In this document: piece after piece, positions 28,543-37,102 of the stretch
Layout of the letters: the number at the start of each line of letters is the position of its first letter
Position numbering within the stretch: the stretch's first letter is position 1
Source: a virus
Taxonomy: Duplodnaviria; Caudoviricetes
Virus record (IMG/VR): IMGVR_UViG_3300008116_000069
Span: 1-52,520 of that record
Reading direction: 5' to 3' (one strand)
Length of the DNA stretch: 52,520 bases
The notes under the pieces: model-generated
The model's database searches: none
What the model saw: the letters and a program-made list of their open reading frames with translations, nothing else
What the model was told of the DNA's origin: nothing
Made by a program: the position numbers and the translations under genes

Positions 28543-30270
28543 ATGAATTCATTCAAGAAACTCGCATTGGGCATCGCTGCAGCCTTGTCCTTCGCAACCC
28601 TTTCTGCCATGCCGTCACAGGCTGCCGTAAACGCAGACACAATCTCAATTGATACAGCAGCAGATGCTGTATTTACTGGAGAGTCTGCTACAGCAGTAGT
28701 AACTGTTTCGTTCTTGGCACAAACAACATCAGATACAGTCACTGTGACTTCTTCTGTTACTAGCCTTCCAGTTGGGTCTGCATCACTTGCAACTCTTTCT
28801 GTACAGGAAACATCTAGTGCAGCAGTTGTCCTAGGCTCTGGTAATTATTCTGCTAATATTGCTTCAACAGCAAATACAGCAACATATGTAACTGCAAAGA
28901 TTAAGGCTACAGTAGATGCTCCAAGCATCGCTGGTACTTATGTTTATAAGTTTACGCCTTCTCTAGGCACAGGTTCAACTGGTGGAGTTAACTCTGCAGC
29001 AGTTGTATGGACAGTAACTGTTACTGCTCCAGACACAAAGGCCTCTGCAGGAACATCAACTTCAATCCTTAACAAGGGTGAGACAATTTCTGCAACAGCA
29101 GACGTAGAGGTATTCGCTCCAAAGGCAACTGCTTCAGATGCAGTAGCAGTAATTGCTGTTACACAGAAGAACGCAGCAGGTGCTTCAGCATCAGAATCTA
29201 TGACAGCAATTGTCTCAGGTTCAGGTCTTATTGGAACTGGTTCAAACCATGCAACTATCACAGCACAAGGTCGTGCACTTACAGTTGCTAATGGTCAGTA
29301 CATCGGTATCTTCGCTGACAACACATCAGGTGTTGGAACTGTAACAATTACATCTGCATCAGGCGTTGTCCTTGCAGTTGAGAAGGTTACATTCTATGGA
29401 GATATTGCTACAGTAGTTACAACAACAGCAAAGCCAGTTATCGCAACAGGTTCAAATGCTGACGTAGTTACAGCAGTTGCATACGATGCAGCAGGAGTAA
29501 CAGTTGGAGCAGGAACTCTTTATGCAGTTTCTGATTCAGCATCAGTTGTAAGCAACTCATACACATCAGCAACAATTGTTGACGGTGTAGCAAAGTTTGC
29601 ACTAACTGGTGTAGCAACTGGAACTGCTGGAATCAAGGTATCTACTGGATCAACAGCAACAACAACTGGAGCAGTAGTTTCAAACACTGCCCCTGTCCGT
29701 GTTGAAGGCTCAGTTGCATCAGTTAAGGTTGCTTTTGATAAGGCTACATATGCTGCTGGTGAATTGGCAACAATTACAGTAACACCTACAGATGCTAAGG
29801 GACTTGTCCTTTCAGGTAAGACATTTGCTAACCTATTCGCTACTGGTGGACTTGTTTCATCATATGCATTCGGTGCATCAAGTGATTCACTTACAGCAGT
29901 ATCAGTAACAACAGATGCTAATGGCGTAAAGACATACAAGGTCTACATGCCACTTACAGATGTTGCTATCAAGGTAACTGCTACTGGTGGAACTTCACTT
30001 CCAACTGCTGGTCAGGTAGAAGTATCTGCAACAGCAAGCGTTGTAACTGGATCATCCACAACAAACGCAACTCTCGCTGCTCTTATCGCACAGGTAACAG
30101 CAATGCAGACAATGTTTGACGCTATTAAGGCTGAGGCTGCTGCTGCAAAGGCTGCTGCTGATGCTAAGGCAATTGCTGATCGTGCTGCTTTTGTAAAGCA
30201 ATACAATGCTCTTGCAACAAAATGGAATAAGAAGAACCCAAAGTCAAAGGTTCCACTTCTAAAGAAGTAA
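28543..30270 (+). CDS. Secreted Ala/Thr/Val-rich Ig-like / S-layer-like surface protein
   Basis: Strong GAGGAG RBS; Sec signal peptide (MNSFKKLALG...SQA); beta-rich repeats; coiled-coil and basic C-terminus. Confidence 0.7.
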   Translation: MNSFKKLALGIAAALSFATLSAMPSQAAVNADTISIDTAADAVFTGESATAVVTVSFLAQTTSDTVTVTSSVTSLPVGSASLATLSVQETSSAAVVLGSGNYSANIASTANTATYVTAKIKATVDAPSIAGTYVYKFTPSLGTGSTGGVNSAAVVWTVTVTAPDTKASAGTSTSILNKGETISATADVEVFAPKATASDAVAVIAVTQKNAAGASASESMTAIVSGSGLIGTGSNHATITAQGRALTVANGQYIGIFADNTSGVGTVTITSASGVVLAVEKVTFYGDIATVVTTTAKPVIATGSNADVVTAVAYDAAGVTVGAGTLYAVSDSASVVSNSYTSATIVDGVAKFALTGVATGTAGIKVSTGSTATTTGAVVSNTAPVRVEGSVASVKVAFDKATYAAGELATITVTPTDAKGLVLSGKTFANLFATGGLVSSYAFGASSDSLTAVSVTTDANGVKTYKVYMPLTDVAIKVTATGGTSLPTAGQVEVSATASVVTGSSTTNATLAALIAQVTAMQTMFDAIKAEAAAAKAAADAKAIADRAAFVKQYNALATKWNKKNPKSKVPLLKK

Positions 30271-30285
30271 TCTAGTCCAACAATT

Positions 30286-30318
30286 AAGGGGGTTAACCAA
30301 GTGTTAGCCCTCTTTTTT
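30286..30318 (+). terminator. Rho-independent terminator
   Basis: AAGGGGGTTAAC-CAAGT-GTTAGCCCTCTT stem followed by T-run. Confidence 0.8.
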
Positions 30319-30330
30319 GTACCTAAAAAA

Positions 30331-30339
30331 TGATATAAT
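30331..30339 (+). promoter_or_regulatory. Extended -10 promoter TGATATAAT
   Basis: Immediately after terminator, before RBS. Confidence 0.55.
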
Positions 30340-30376
30340 AGGGTTATCAAACATCTTGGAAAGGGTGTGACCCAAC

Positions 30377-32698
30377 ATTAAATCTTTCCTACTAAAGAGT
30401 GGTTTGGTGGGACTATTAGTGGTTTTGTGGCTTATCCTAGCCCCCGTTGACCATGCTCGTGCAACAGAAGAAGTAACCTCTCAAGTTTCAACATCAGAAA
30501 CATCAACAGCAACAATTTCTGCAGGATCTACAGTAACAATTGAAAGCGCAACAGCCACCATAGAGGCAGCACAGACTGCTATAACTCAGGCTGAATCTGC
30601 CACGGCAGTCATAGAAACCCAAGCAACAGCCATTACAAGCCCTACAGAAACCATTACAGCCACTATCACACAGGCTCAGGACTCTATAATACAGGCTCAA
30701 ACAGTAGTAGATAGTGCTACTGTTGCTGTGGCTAATGTTGATTCCGCTACCGTTTTAGTTGCTGAGGCTGAAGAAGATGTTATTATTGCTGAGGTTGCGG
30801 TAGAGTCTCAAACAGCAGTTGTAGCAATAGCAACTACTAATCTGACTAATGCAGAAAATGCTTTGGCAGAACTTGAAAATACCCCTTCCGATTCTACAAC
30901 CTACACAACTGAGGGATATGTGGCACCTCTTATTCCTGAAACACCTACAGTTAATACAGTTGTGCTACCTGCTATGTGGGATGCAGCAACTAAAATTGAA
31001 ACCCCATTTGATATTAAAATGGGCGAGGTTTTATATAATGGGCAAGGATCTGATAGCCAGATCTACGTAACTTCAAAAGCAACTATTACTTTTGGCACTG
31101 GCGATTATAACTGGTGGGATTTTCCAGTAGGTGCTCACATCTCTGTTTATGGCTCTGACTTTATGAGTGCTGGGGAAGGCGCTTCAATCACAGTAACAAC
31201 TACAGAAACAACTTTAGCCGTTGATTGGGACCTTCATAAATTTGGAGATAGCAATGGCCCAATTACAAATGTTAACTGGTTGATGACTGTTAATCCTGAA
31301 ACAGGAGAATGGTCTGGTGTTGGAATCGTTGCTGGAAATACAACTAACCTATACAATGGACCACGCATTGGTGTTCGTGAAACTGCTGGTCAACCAGTAC
31401 AACAAATGACAAACGTAACTAATGAAGATTTAACCGTTCAAATTGAAAGTCAAACAGCAGTGGTTGAAGATAAAGCAGAAGTTAAAGCCATTGAAGTTTC
31501 AATACTTGAAACACTTACACAGATAAAAATAGAAGCAGATGAAAACCTTGTTGTAGCAGAACAAAATCTTGAAGAAGCACAGAATGTTTTAGAAGAGACA
31601 ATTATTCAAGTAGGTACTGCTATTGCATATATGAACTCCAGCGTTAATGAAGCAAGGTCAGAAGTTAGCAATGCTTTAGAGCAAGAAGAGGCTGCAAGGC
31701 AAGCAGCCATAGCAGCAGAGAATGCTCGTATTGCAGCAGAACAAGCATATGCAGCAGAACAATCTAGAATTGCAGCAGAGGCTGCAGCCGCTAGAGCACA
31801 AGCAGAAGCAAAGGCTGCAGAAGAAGCCGCTGCAAAAGCGGAAGCAGATAGAATTGCTGCAGAAGAAGCAGCAGCCCAAGCCCAAGCAGAAGCAGAAAAA
31901 GCAGAGGCTGATCGTATAGCAGCAGAAGAAGCAGCCAAAGCACAAGCAGAGGCAGAAGCAAAGGCTGAAGAAGAAGCAAAGGCTGAGGCTGAGAGATTAG
32001 AAGCAGAGGCAGAAGCAGCAAGACAAGCAGAACTAGATGCTATTGCTGAGGCAGAGGCTAAAGAAGCAGAAGCAGAGGCTGCCAGACAAGCAGAAGAAGA
32101 TGCTAAAGCAGAAGCGGAAGCAAAGCAAGCAGAATTAGATGCAGCAAAGGCTGAAGAAGAAAAAGCCAAGGCAGAAGAAGAAAAACTAGAAGAGATTCTA
32201 GAAGAAGCAAAAGATGGAAAAGAATTAACTGAAGAGCAAAAGGAAGTTGTTGTTGAAGCATTGCTTAAAGATCTTAAACCAGGTGAAGCGGTAACAGCAG
32301 CAGCAATAGTTGCATCTGGAGTTTCATTTGCAGACCTTCCACCTTCGACACCAATTGAACTTAGAACATCTGAATCTGGTGAGGTACTAATAATCACAGC
32401 AGAGGTAGCAGCAAATGTAGAACTTGTACAAGATCCAGGAGCATTGCTAGAAGCAGCATTTACTGATCCAGGAGCAGCCTTAGCAGCCCTTGGAAGTATT
32501 GGTGCGGACATGACAGAAAGCGAAAGAGAAGAAGCAACAGATATGGTTGTAGCAACAGTGGTTGCAACAGGTGCAGCAATTAACGCAGCAGCAGTTGCTG
32601 CAGGAGGAGCCACAGGTGGTGGCACAGGCAGTGGCGGAAGTTCTGGTGGTGGCTCAGGCGCTAACTCACCAGGTTCAAGAGGAGGAAGAAAATGGTAA
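30377..32698 (+). CDS. Secreted/membrane protein with beta domain and long Ala/Glu coiled coil (TolA-like composition); start uncertain (ATT 30377 or TTG 30404)
   Basis: Signal-like N-terminus, AEADRIAAEEAA repeats, hydrophobic plus Gly-rich C-terminus. Confidence 0.6.
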   Translation: MKSFLLKSGLVGLLVVLWLILAPVDHARATEEVTSQVSTSETSTATISAGSTVTIESATATIEAAQTAITQAESATAVIETQATAITSPTETITATITQAQDSIIQAQTVVDSATVAVANVDSATVLVAEAEEDVIIAEVAVESQTAVVAIATTNLTNAENALAELENTPSDSTTYTTEGYVAPLIPETPTVNTVVLPAMWDAATKIETPFDIKMGEVLYNGQGSDSQIYVTSKATITFGTGDYNWWDFPVGAHISVYGSDFMSAGEGASITVTTTETTLAVDWDLHKFGDSNGPITNVNWLMTVNPETGEWSGVGIVAGNTTNLYNGPRIGVRETAGQPVQQMTNVTNEDLTVQIESQTAVVEDKAEVKAIEVSILETLTQIKIEADENLVVAEQNLEEAQNVLEETIIQVGTAIAYMNSSVNEARSEVSNALEQEEAARQAAIAAENARIAAEQAYAAEQSRIAAEAAAARAQAEAKAAEEAAAKAEADRIAAEEAAAQAQAEAEKAEADRIAAEEAAKAQAEAEAKAEEEAKAEAERLEAEAEAARQAELDAIAEAEAKEAEAEAARQAEEDAKAEAEAKQAELDAAKAEEEKAKAEEEKLEEILEEAKDGKELTEEQKEVVVEALLKDLKPGEAVTAAAIVASGVSFADLPPSTPIELRTSESGEVLIITAEVAANVELVQDPGALLEAAFTDPGAALAALGSIGADMTESEREEATDMVVATVVATGAAINAAAVAAGGATGGGTGSGGSSGGGSGANSPGSRGGRKW

Positions 32699-32871
32699 GA
32701 GTAATAAAAAATATATTAAAAGATCTAGTGGATCAGGCATGGACTCTTCTTGGAATGTTTATTGCCTGGGTGGTATTAGACGGTAGTGCAAAAACAATAG
32801 TTGGTTATGGAATCATGGCAACACTTGCCCTTTGGATTATAACTAGCCCTATTAGAAATAGAGAGGAGTAA
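32692..32871 (+). CDS. Small 2-TM membrane protein (59 aa, not in ORF track)
   Basis: GGAGG RBS; MVRVIKNILKDLVDQAWTLLGMFIAWVVLDGSAKTIVGYGIMATLALWIITSPIRNREE. Confidence 0.7.
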   Translation: MVRVIKNILKDLVDQAWTLLGMFIAWVVLDGSAKTIVGYGIMATLALWIITSPIRNREE

Positions 32872-32873
32872 AC

Positions 32874-33173
32874 ATGAACAGTATCACAAATATTTGGAAT
32901 ATTCTCATGCGTATTGTTGCGGTATTCGCAGCAAATGCATTAGCAGTAATCGGTGCTGGTGCAATCGCAGGAATTTCAGTAGCAAAGGCTATGACAGTTG
33001 CTGGACTTAGCGCAGTAGCAGTTGTTGTTGAAAAGTTGGCTCGTGCATTTATGGATGACGGCAGACTTACAAGAGATGAGATCAATGCAGCATTTTCTAC
33101 CACAGACAAGAATGCGGTAACAGTGCAGGATGCAGCAGTAGAAACACGCAGAAAAAGATCAAAGACAGCATAA
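32874..33173 (+). CDS. 2-TM membrane protein (holin-like)
   Basis: GAGGAG RBS; two hydrophobic helices; DDGRLTRDE; basic tail. Confidence 0.6.
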   Translation: MNSITNIWNILMRIVAVFAANALAVIGAGAIAGISVAKAMTVAGLSAVAVVVEKLARAFMDDGRLTRDEINAAFSTTDKNAVTVQDAAVETRRKRSKTA

Positions 33174-33193
33174 TTAAACATCTTTGATCCTAT

Positions 33194-33223
33194 TTGACAG
33201 CCCCTTCCAGGCAATGGTATACT
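33194..33223 (+). promoter_or_regulatory. Promoter TTGACA-18-(TGG)TATACT with nested inverted repeats
   Basis: Consensus hexamers in the intergenic region. Confidence 0.7.
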
Positions 33224-33253
33224 TGAAAGTATATAACTGGGAGGGGTTTCTGC

Positions 33254-33784
33254 ATGACTTGTATTGCAGTAGTTCGTGATGAAGTAAATAATAAAATATA
33301 CATGGCTGGAGATCGTGGTGCATCTGACGATGGCACTATTCTAGCATTGACAGCACCAAAAGTATGGAAATTAGGACCATACCTGATTGGTTATGCAGGC
33401 TCTATGGATGGTGAGCGTATGCGCTATAACTTTAACCCTTATGTCCCAGATATCAAAGATACAGATAAGTTTATGCAAACCAAGTTTATTAAACAACTCA
33501 AGCAATTCTATACTGATTGGTGGGTTGAAACAGGAAAAGAGTCAGACTTTGGTTTGATAGTTGCAGTTCGTGGACAAATCTATGAGCATAGTTCTGCAGA
33601 CATGTCTTTATCTAAGTACACAGTTCCATACCTTGCTATGGGTTCAGGAGCAGAGTATGCTTACGGATATTTAAATGCAACCGAAAAGGCTAAAGATGCA
33701 AGAAAGCGTGTGGTAGGCGCAGTCAATTCAGCAATTAAATTTAATCCATCATGCATGGGTCCAGTTGACGTAGTTAGCATTTAA
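33254..33784 (+). CDS. HslV/proteasome-beta-like Ntn protease
   Basis: N-terminal MTCIA (Thr nucleophile), AGD, K, GYAG, AMGSG. Confidence 0.75.
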   Translation: MTCIAVVRDEVNNKIYMAGDRGASDDGTILALTAPKVWKLGPYLIGYAGSMDGERMRYNFNPYVPDIKDTDKFMQTKFIKQLKQFYTDWWVETGKESDFGLIVAVRGQIYEHSSADMSLSKYTVPYLAMGSGAEYAYGYLNATEKAKDARKRVVGAVNSAIKFNPSCMGPVDVVSI

Positions 33785-33799
33785 GGATATACTTAATAT

Positions 33800-33982
33800 A
33801 TGATTATAGAAGAAGACGTACCTGAGTTTCAGATCTGGCTAACTAATGGAATTGAGCGGGGATGGGTAACAGAACCGTTTTGCAATACTCATGAAGGAGA
33901 TCCCTACATGACAGAAGAAGAAGAACAAGAGTGGGAAGCAGGTGGCGACCCATGCCAATTAGTAATCAAAGTAAAGGAATAA
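33800..33982 (+). CDS. Hypothetical acidic protein (possibly leaderless)
   Basis: TATACT 33788-33793 six nt before ATG. Confidence 0.6.
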   Translation: MIIEEDVPEFQIWLTNGIERGWVTEPFCNTHEGDPYMTEEEEQEWEAGGDPCQLVIKVKE

Positions 33983-33983
33983 T

Positions 33984-34652
33984 ATGAAAATCAAATCAAT
34001 AATCGGAAGTATTCTATTAACTGTTGGAGCACTTGCTTTTGCATCTGCCCCAGCCAATGCAGGAGAGTGTTCTGCAGAAGATCCTTGCCATACATATGCA
34101 ATGGTTAATGATGCTGGAGTGGTAACAAATATTATTGTTTGTCAACCATCAGTCTGTGGATCAGGAACATTTGCTGGTTCACGAGTTGTTCCACAGGTTG
34201 CAGCAAATGCTGAGACACATCAAAACCAAGGCGGATATCTTGCAAATCCAGGTAGCACACCCGTAGTCGAGTCAAATGGTAGGTTTACTTTAACCAATGA
34301 CAATCCAACAATAACTACAAGTGTGACTCAAAATGAAACAAGTAAAACTGTTTTATCAACATCATTAGAGCCAGGAGTTCAAAATTCTTTTACTTTTAAT
34401 GATACAGTTGGTCAGACAAATGGTCGCCCAGTTATGAGAACTGAGACAATAGATAAATCTATTGGTGCAACATTGTCCTATTCAAATACTAGAAACTCAG
34501 AATCTGCAACTGCTACCTCTGGAGAATCAATTACATTTGATGAAAGACAAACTGAAGAGTATGTAGAACTAGAATTGATGATCCAAGAACTAACAAAATT
34601 ACTTGCTAACTGGAGTTGGTTTAGATCATCATTACTTGGCTGGTTCCTATAG
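33984..34652 (+). CDS. Secreted hypothetical protein
   Basis: Signal peptide ending ANA; four Cys. Confidence 0.6.
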   Translation: MKIKSIIGSILLTVGALAFASAPANAGECSAEDPCHTYAMVNDAGVVTNIIVCQPSVCGSGTFAGSRVVPQVAANAETHQNQGGYLANPGSTPVVESNGRFTLTNDNPTITTSVTQNETSKTVLSTSLEPGVQNSFTFNDTVGQTNGRPVMRTETIDKSIGATLSYSNTRNSESATATSGESITFDERQTEEYVELELMIQELTKLLANWSWFRSSLLGWFL

Positions 34653-34662
34653 CATAAGGTTT

Positions 34663-34738
34663 TGGGCTGTAACTCAGTTGGTAGAGTGGCGAACTGTTAA
34701 TTCGCAAGTCGTAGGATCGAGGCCTACCAGCCCAGCCA
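34663..34738 (+). tRNA. tRNA-Asn(GTT)
   Basis: TGGGCTG/CAGCCCA acceptor; GCGAA-CTGTTAA-TTCGC anticodon arm; CCA encoded. Confidence 0.9.
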
Positions 34739-34739
34739 A

Positions 34740-34815
34740 GTCTTCATCGTCTAGGGGCCTAGGACGTTGCCCTTTCACGGCAATAACACGGGTTCAAATC
34801 CCGTTGGAGACACCA
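34740..34815 (+). tRNA. tRNA-Glu(TTC)
   Basis: TTGCC-CTTTCAC-GGCAA; GGTTCAAATCC; CCA. Confidence 0.92.
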
Positions 34816-34816
34816 A

Positions 34817-34891
34817 GCGGAAGTAACTCAATGGTAGAGTTTCTGCCTTCCAAGCAGAATGTTGCGAGTTCGAGTCTCGTCTTCCGCTCCA
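34817..34891 (+). tRNA. tRNA-Gly(TCC)
   Basis: GCGGAAG/CTTCCGC; TCTGC-CTTCCAA-GCAGA; TCCA end. Confidence 0.93.
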
Positions 34892-34896
34892 AAGTT

Positions 34897-34905
34897 TGGT
34901 ATAAT
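34897..34905 (+). promoter_or_regulatory. Extended -10 promoter TGGTATAAT for hsp20
   Basis: Perfect TATAAT after tRNA-Gly. Confidence 0.6.
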
Positions 34906-34911
34906 AGATAG

Positions 34912-34960
34912 GTACTGCCTTCGGGGGTACATTAACTTATTCGCTTGAAAGGGGAATAAA
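34912..34960 (+). promoter_or_regulatory. Structured 5'UTR of hsp20, ROSE-like RNA thermometer candidate
   Basis: cUUCGg hairpin (34912-34930), then UUAUUC-G-CUU-GAAA-GGG-GAAUAA hairpin sequestering the SD. Confidence 0.6.
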
Positions 34961-35377
34961 ATGGTAACACAATTTGCTATGGATCTATTCAATGATCCTT
35001 TTTTTATTGGCTTTAACAGAGAGTTAGGCCGTCTTAATTCAGCACACAAAACTAATACACAATCATATCCTCCATATGATCTTCTTAAACTAGATGAAGA
35101 TACATATAGAATTTCCATTGCAGTTGCAGGATTTTCAAAAGATAATATTGATGTATCTGTAGATAATGGAACATTAATTATCAAGGGAGAAATTGTTGAA
35201 GTAACAGATGCTGAAGTAGTTCACAAGGGTATTGCAGGTCGTAAGTTCACACGATCATTTGCTCTTGGAGAATATATGGAAGTAACTGGGGCTGAGATGA
35301 AGGATGGTATGCTACATATTAATGTAGATCGTATTATTCCTGAAGACAAAAAGCCTAAAACTATTAAGATAAAGTAA
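34961..35377 (+). CDS. Small heat shock protein (Hsp20/IbpA-like)
   Basis: YPPYD, AVAGF, HKGIAGRKFTRSF, DGML, IPE.KKP..I.I. Confidence 0.93.
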   Translation: MVTQFAMDLFNDPFFIGFNRELGRLNSAHKTNTQSYPPYDLLKLDEDTYRISIAVAGFSKDNIDVSVDNGTLIIKGEIVEVTDAEVVHKGIAGRKFTRSFALGEYMEVTGAEMKDGMLHINVDRIIPEDKKPKTIKIK

Positions 35378-35379
35378 TA

Positions 35380-35426
35380 TTTAGACCACCGTCTAAAACA
35401 ACCTGAGTAAGTTGTAAAACTGCTCA
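35380..35426 (+). ncRNA. Hairpin plus H-type pseudoknot candidate
   Basis: TTTAGAC-CACC-GTCTAAA; S1 ACAAC/GTTGT, S2 TGAGTA/TGCTCA. Confidence 0.45.
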
Positions 35427-35431
35427 TCTTT

Positions 35432-35440
35432 TGATATACT
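35432..35440 (+). promoter_or_regulatory. Extended -10 promoter TGATATACT for endolysin
   Basis: Followed by AGGAGG RBS. Confidence 0.55.
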
Positions 35441-35467
35441 AGTAGTACTAAACTTAGGAGGTTTTGT

Positions 35468-36244
35468 ATGGCTGTTAAAGGCTCAGTAGAGGCAATTATT
35501 GAAATTGCAAAGAAAGAAGTTGGGACTATTGAAGGACCAAAAGATAACGAAACAAAGTACGGCGCATGGATGAAGGTTAACTTCCAACCATGGTGTCAGT
35601 CATTCGTTTCTTGGTGTGCACACACTGCGGGAGTGGCAAAGTTCCCAAAGTCTGCATCAACAGTTGCAGCATCAGATGAATTTAAGAAGCAAGGTCGTTG
35701 GGCAGATGCTCGTAATGATGATCCAACCCCTGGAGACTGGATCTATTTTGATTTCCCAGATGATGGCGTAAATCGTATTTCACATGTTGGTCTTTGCATT
35801 AAGAACAATGGTGATGGAACAATTCAGGTTATTGAAGGAAACACTTCTGGAACTGCTAAAGGAGATCAACGCAATGGCGGTATGTGCGTAGAGAAGACTC
35901 GTGCTTATGTAAAGAATAAGAAGGGTATCCTTAACGCTGTAGTTGGTTGGGGTCGACCAGTCTATGCTGGCGAAGAAAATGCCCCATTACTATCAAAGGC
36001 TGGCGTAGTAACTGAAGCACCTACAGAAAAGGCTAAGAAGGCTGCTCCTGCAGCGTTTAAGCCACTTAAGAATGGTTCAAAGGGACAGGCAGTTAAGAAT
36101 GTCCAAACTCTTCTTGGTATCAAGGCAGATGGATCATTTGGTCCAGGTACTGCTAAGGCTGTTCAGGACTTTCAAAAGAAATCTGGACTACCAACAACAG
36201 GTGTAGTTGATCAAGCAACACTAAAGGCATTAAAGGCTAAGTAA
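35468..36244 (+). CDS. Endolysin: CHAP domain + peptidoglycan-binding domain
   Basis: PWCQSFVSW, HVG, IEGNT; C-terminal GSKG.AV..VQ...DG.FG.GT..AV..FQ....L..TG.V. Confidence 0.9.
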   Translation: MAVKGSVEAIIEIAKKEVGTIEGPKDNETKYGAWMKVNFQPWCQSFVSWCAHTAGVAKFPKSASTVAASDEFKKQGRWADARNDDPTPGDWIYFDFPDDGVNRISHVGLCIKNNGDGTIQVIEGNTSGTAKGDQRNGGMCVEKTRAYVKNKKGILNAVVGWGRPVYAGEENAPLLSKAGVVTEAPTEKAKKAAPAAFKPLKNGSKGQAVKNVQTLLGIKADGSFGPGTAKAVQDFQKKSGLPTTGVVDQATLKALKAK

Positions 36245-36245
36245 T

Positions 36246-36431
36246 ATGCCAGCATACGAATATCAATGCACTGGTACTTGTGAAGGTATAGTCATTAAAG
36301 TTCGTTCTATAAAAGATAACGATCCAGGGTATGAGTGTGAAACTTGCACTCTGCCACTGGCTCGTGTATACTCTACTACAGAGGTAATTTTTAATGGTTC
36401 GGGATTTTATAAAACTGATAACAGAAAGTAG
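36246..36431 (+). CDS. FmdB-family zinc-ribbon protein
   Basis: MP.YEYQC...C..C...F.GSGFY.TD. Confidence 0.85.
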   Translation: MPAYEYQCTGTCEGIVIKVRSIKDNDPGYECETCTLPLARVYSTTEVIFNGSGFYKTDNRK

Positions 36432-36440
36432 CGGTATACT

Positions 36441-36695
36441 ATGAACACGATGATTATAGAAGAAGAAGTTACTCAAGAGTGGGTGTTGAAAGCAACAGAT
36501 CGCTGTGACTCTTGTGCAGCAGAGGCTTTGGTTAAAGTTAGCGGTATTAGTGGAGACTTAATGTTCTGTGGTCACCACTATAATAAGATTATGGACAACC
36601 CAGAAACTTATAAAAAAATGATGGCATTTATGCTAACTATCATTGATGAAAGAGATAAACTTATTGAAAATAAGGCGAAAGGTAAAGACTACTAA
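36441..36695 (+). CDS. Small zinc-binding protein
   Basis: DRCDSC...L.FCGHH. Confidence 0.65.
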   Translation: MNTMIIEEEVTQEWVLKATDRCDSCAAEALVKVSGISGDLMFCGHHYNKIMDNPETYKKMMAFMLTIIDERDKLIENKAKGKDY

Positions 36696-37102
36696 TGTAT
36701 GAATATTATGTAAGAAAAGTAGAGAATGTAGTAGATGGAGATACCATTGACGTTCTTATTGATTTAGGGTTTGATATTTTGTTTGCATCCCGTGTAAGAC
36801 TGGCTGGTATTGATACACCTGAGTCCCGCACAAAAGATCTTGCTGAGAAGGCTCTAGGTCTAGAGGCCAAGGAGTACTTAAAGAAGTCTCTTAAGGATGC
36901 TAAGTCTGTCATTATTAAGACTGAGAAGATGGACTCATCTGAGAAGTATGGTCGCATTTTAGGCTGGGTATATGTAGATGGTAACACAGTATCCCTTAAT
37001 GATATTATGATCAATGATGGCTATGCTTGGGGATACCTAGGCGATACTAAGATAAAAGACTTTAACGAACTTGCAAAGGCTAGAAAGAAGTCTGGTAAGT
37101 GA
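36695..37102 (+). CDS. Thermonuclease (SNase-like)
   Basis: VVDGDTID, VRLAGIDTPE, KYGRIL. Confidence 0.9.
   Translation: MYEYYVRKVENVVDGDTIDVLIDLGFDILFASRVRLAGIDTPESRTKDLAEKALGLEAKEYLKKSLKDAKSVIIKTEKMDSSEKYGRILGWVYVDGNTVSLNDIMINDGYAWGYLGDTKIKDFNELAKARKKSGK

Noticed and set aside
31606-32625. 339-aa minus-strand ORF (and similar antisense ORFs over TMP, 28944-29939 etc.)
   Set aside because: Shadow of GCA/GAA-rich codons on the coding strand; low complexity, no RBS
34603-35184. ORFs 34603-34911 (+) and 34828-35184 (-)
   Set aside because: Overlap three well-formed tRNAs and hsp20
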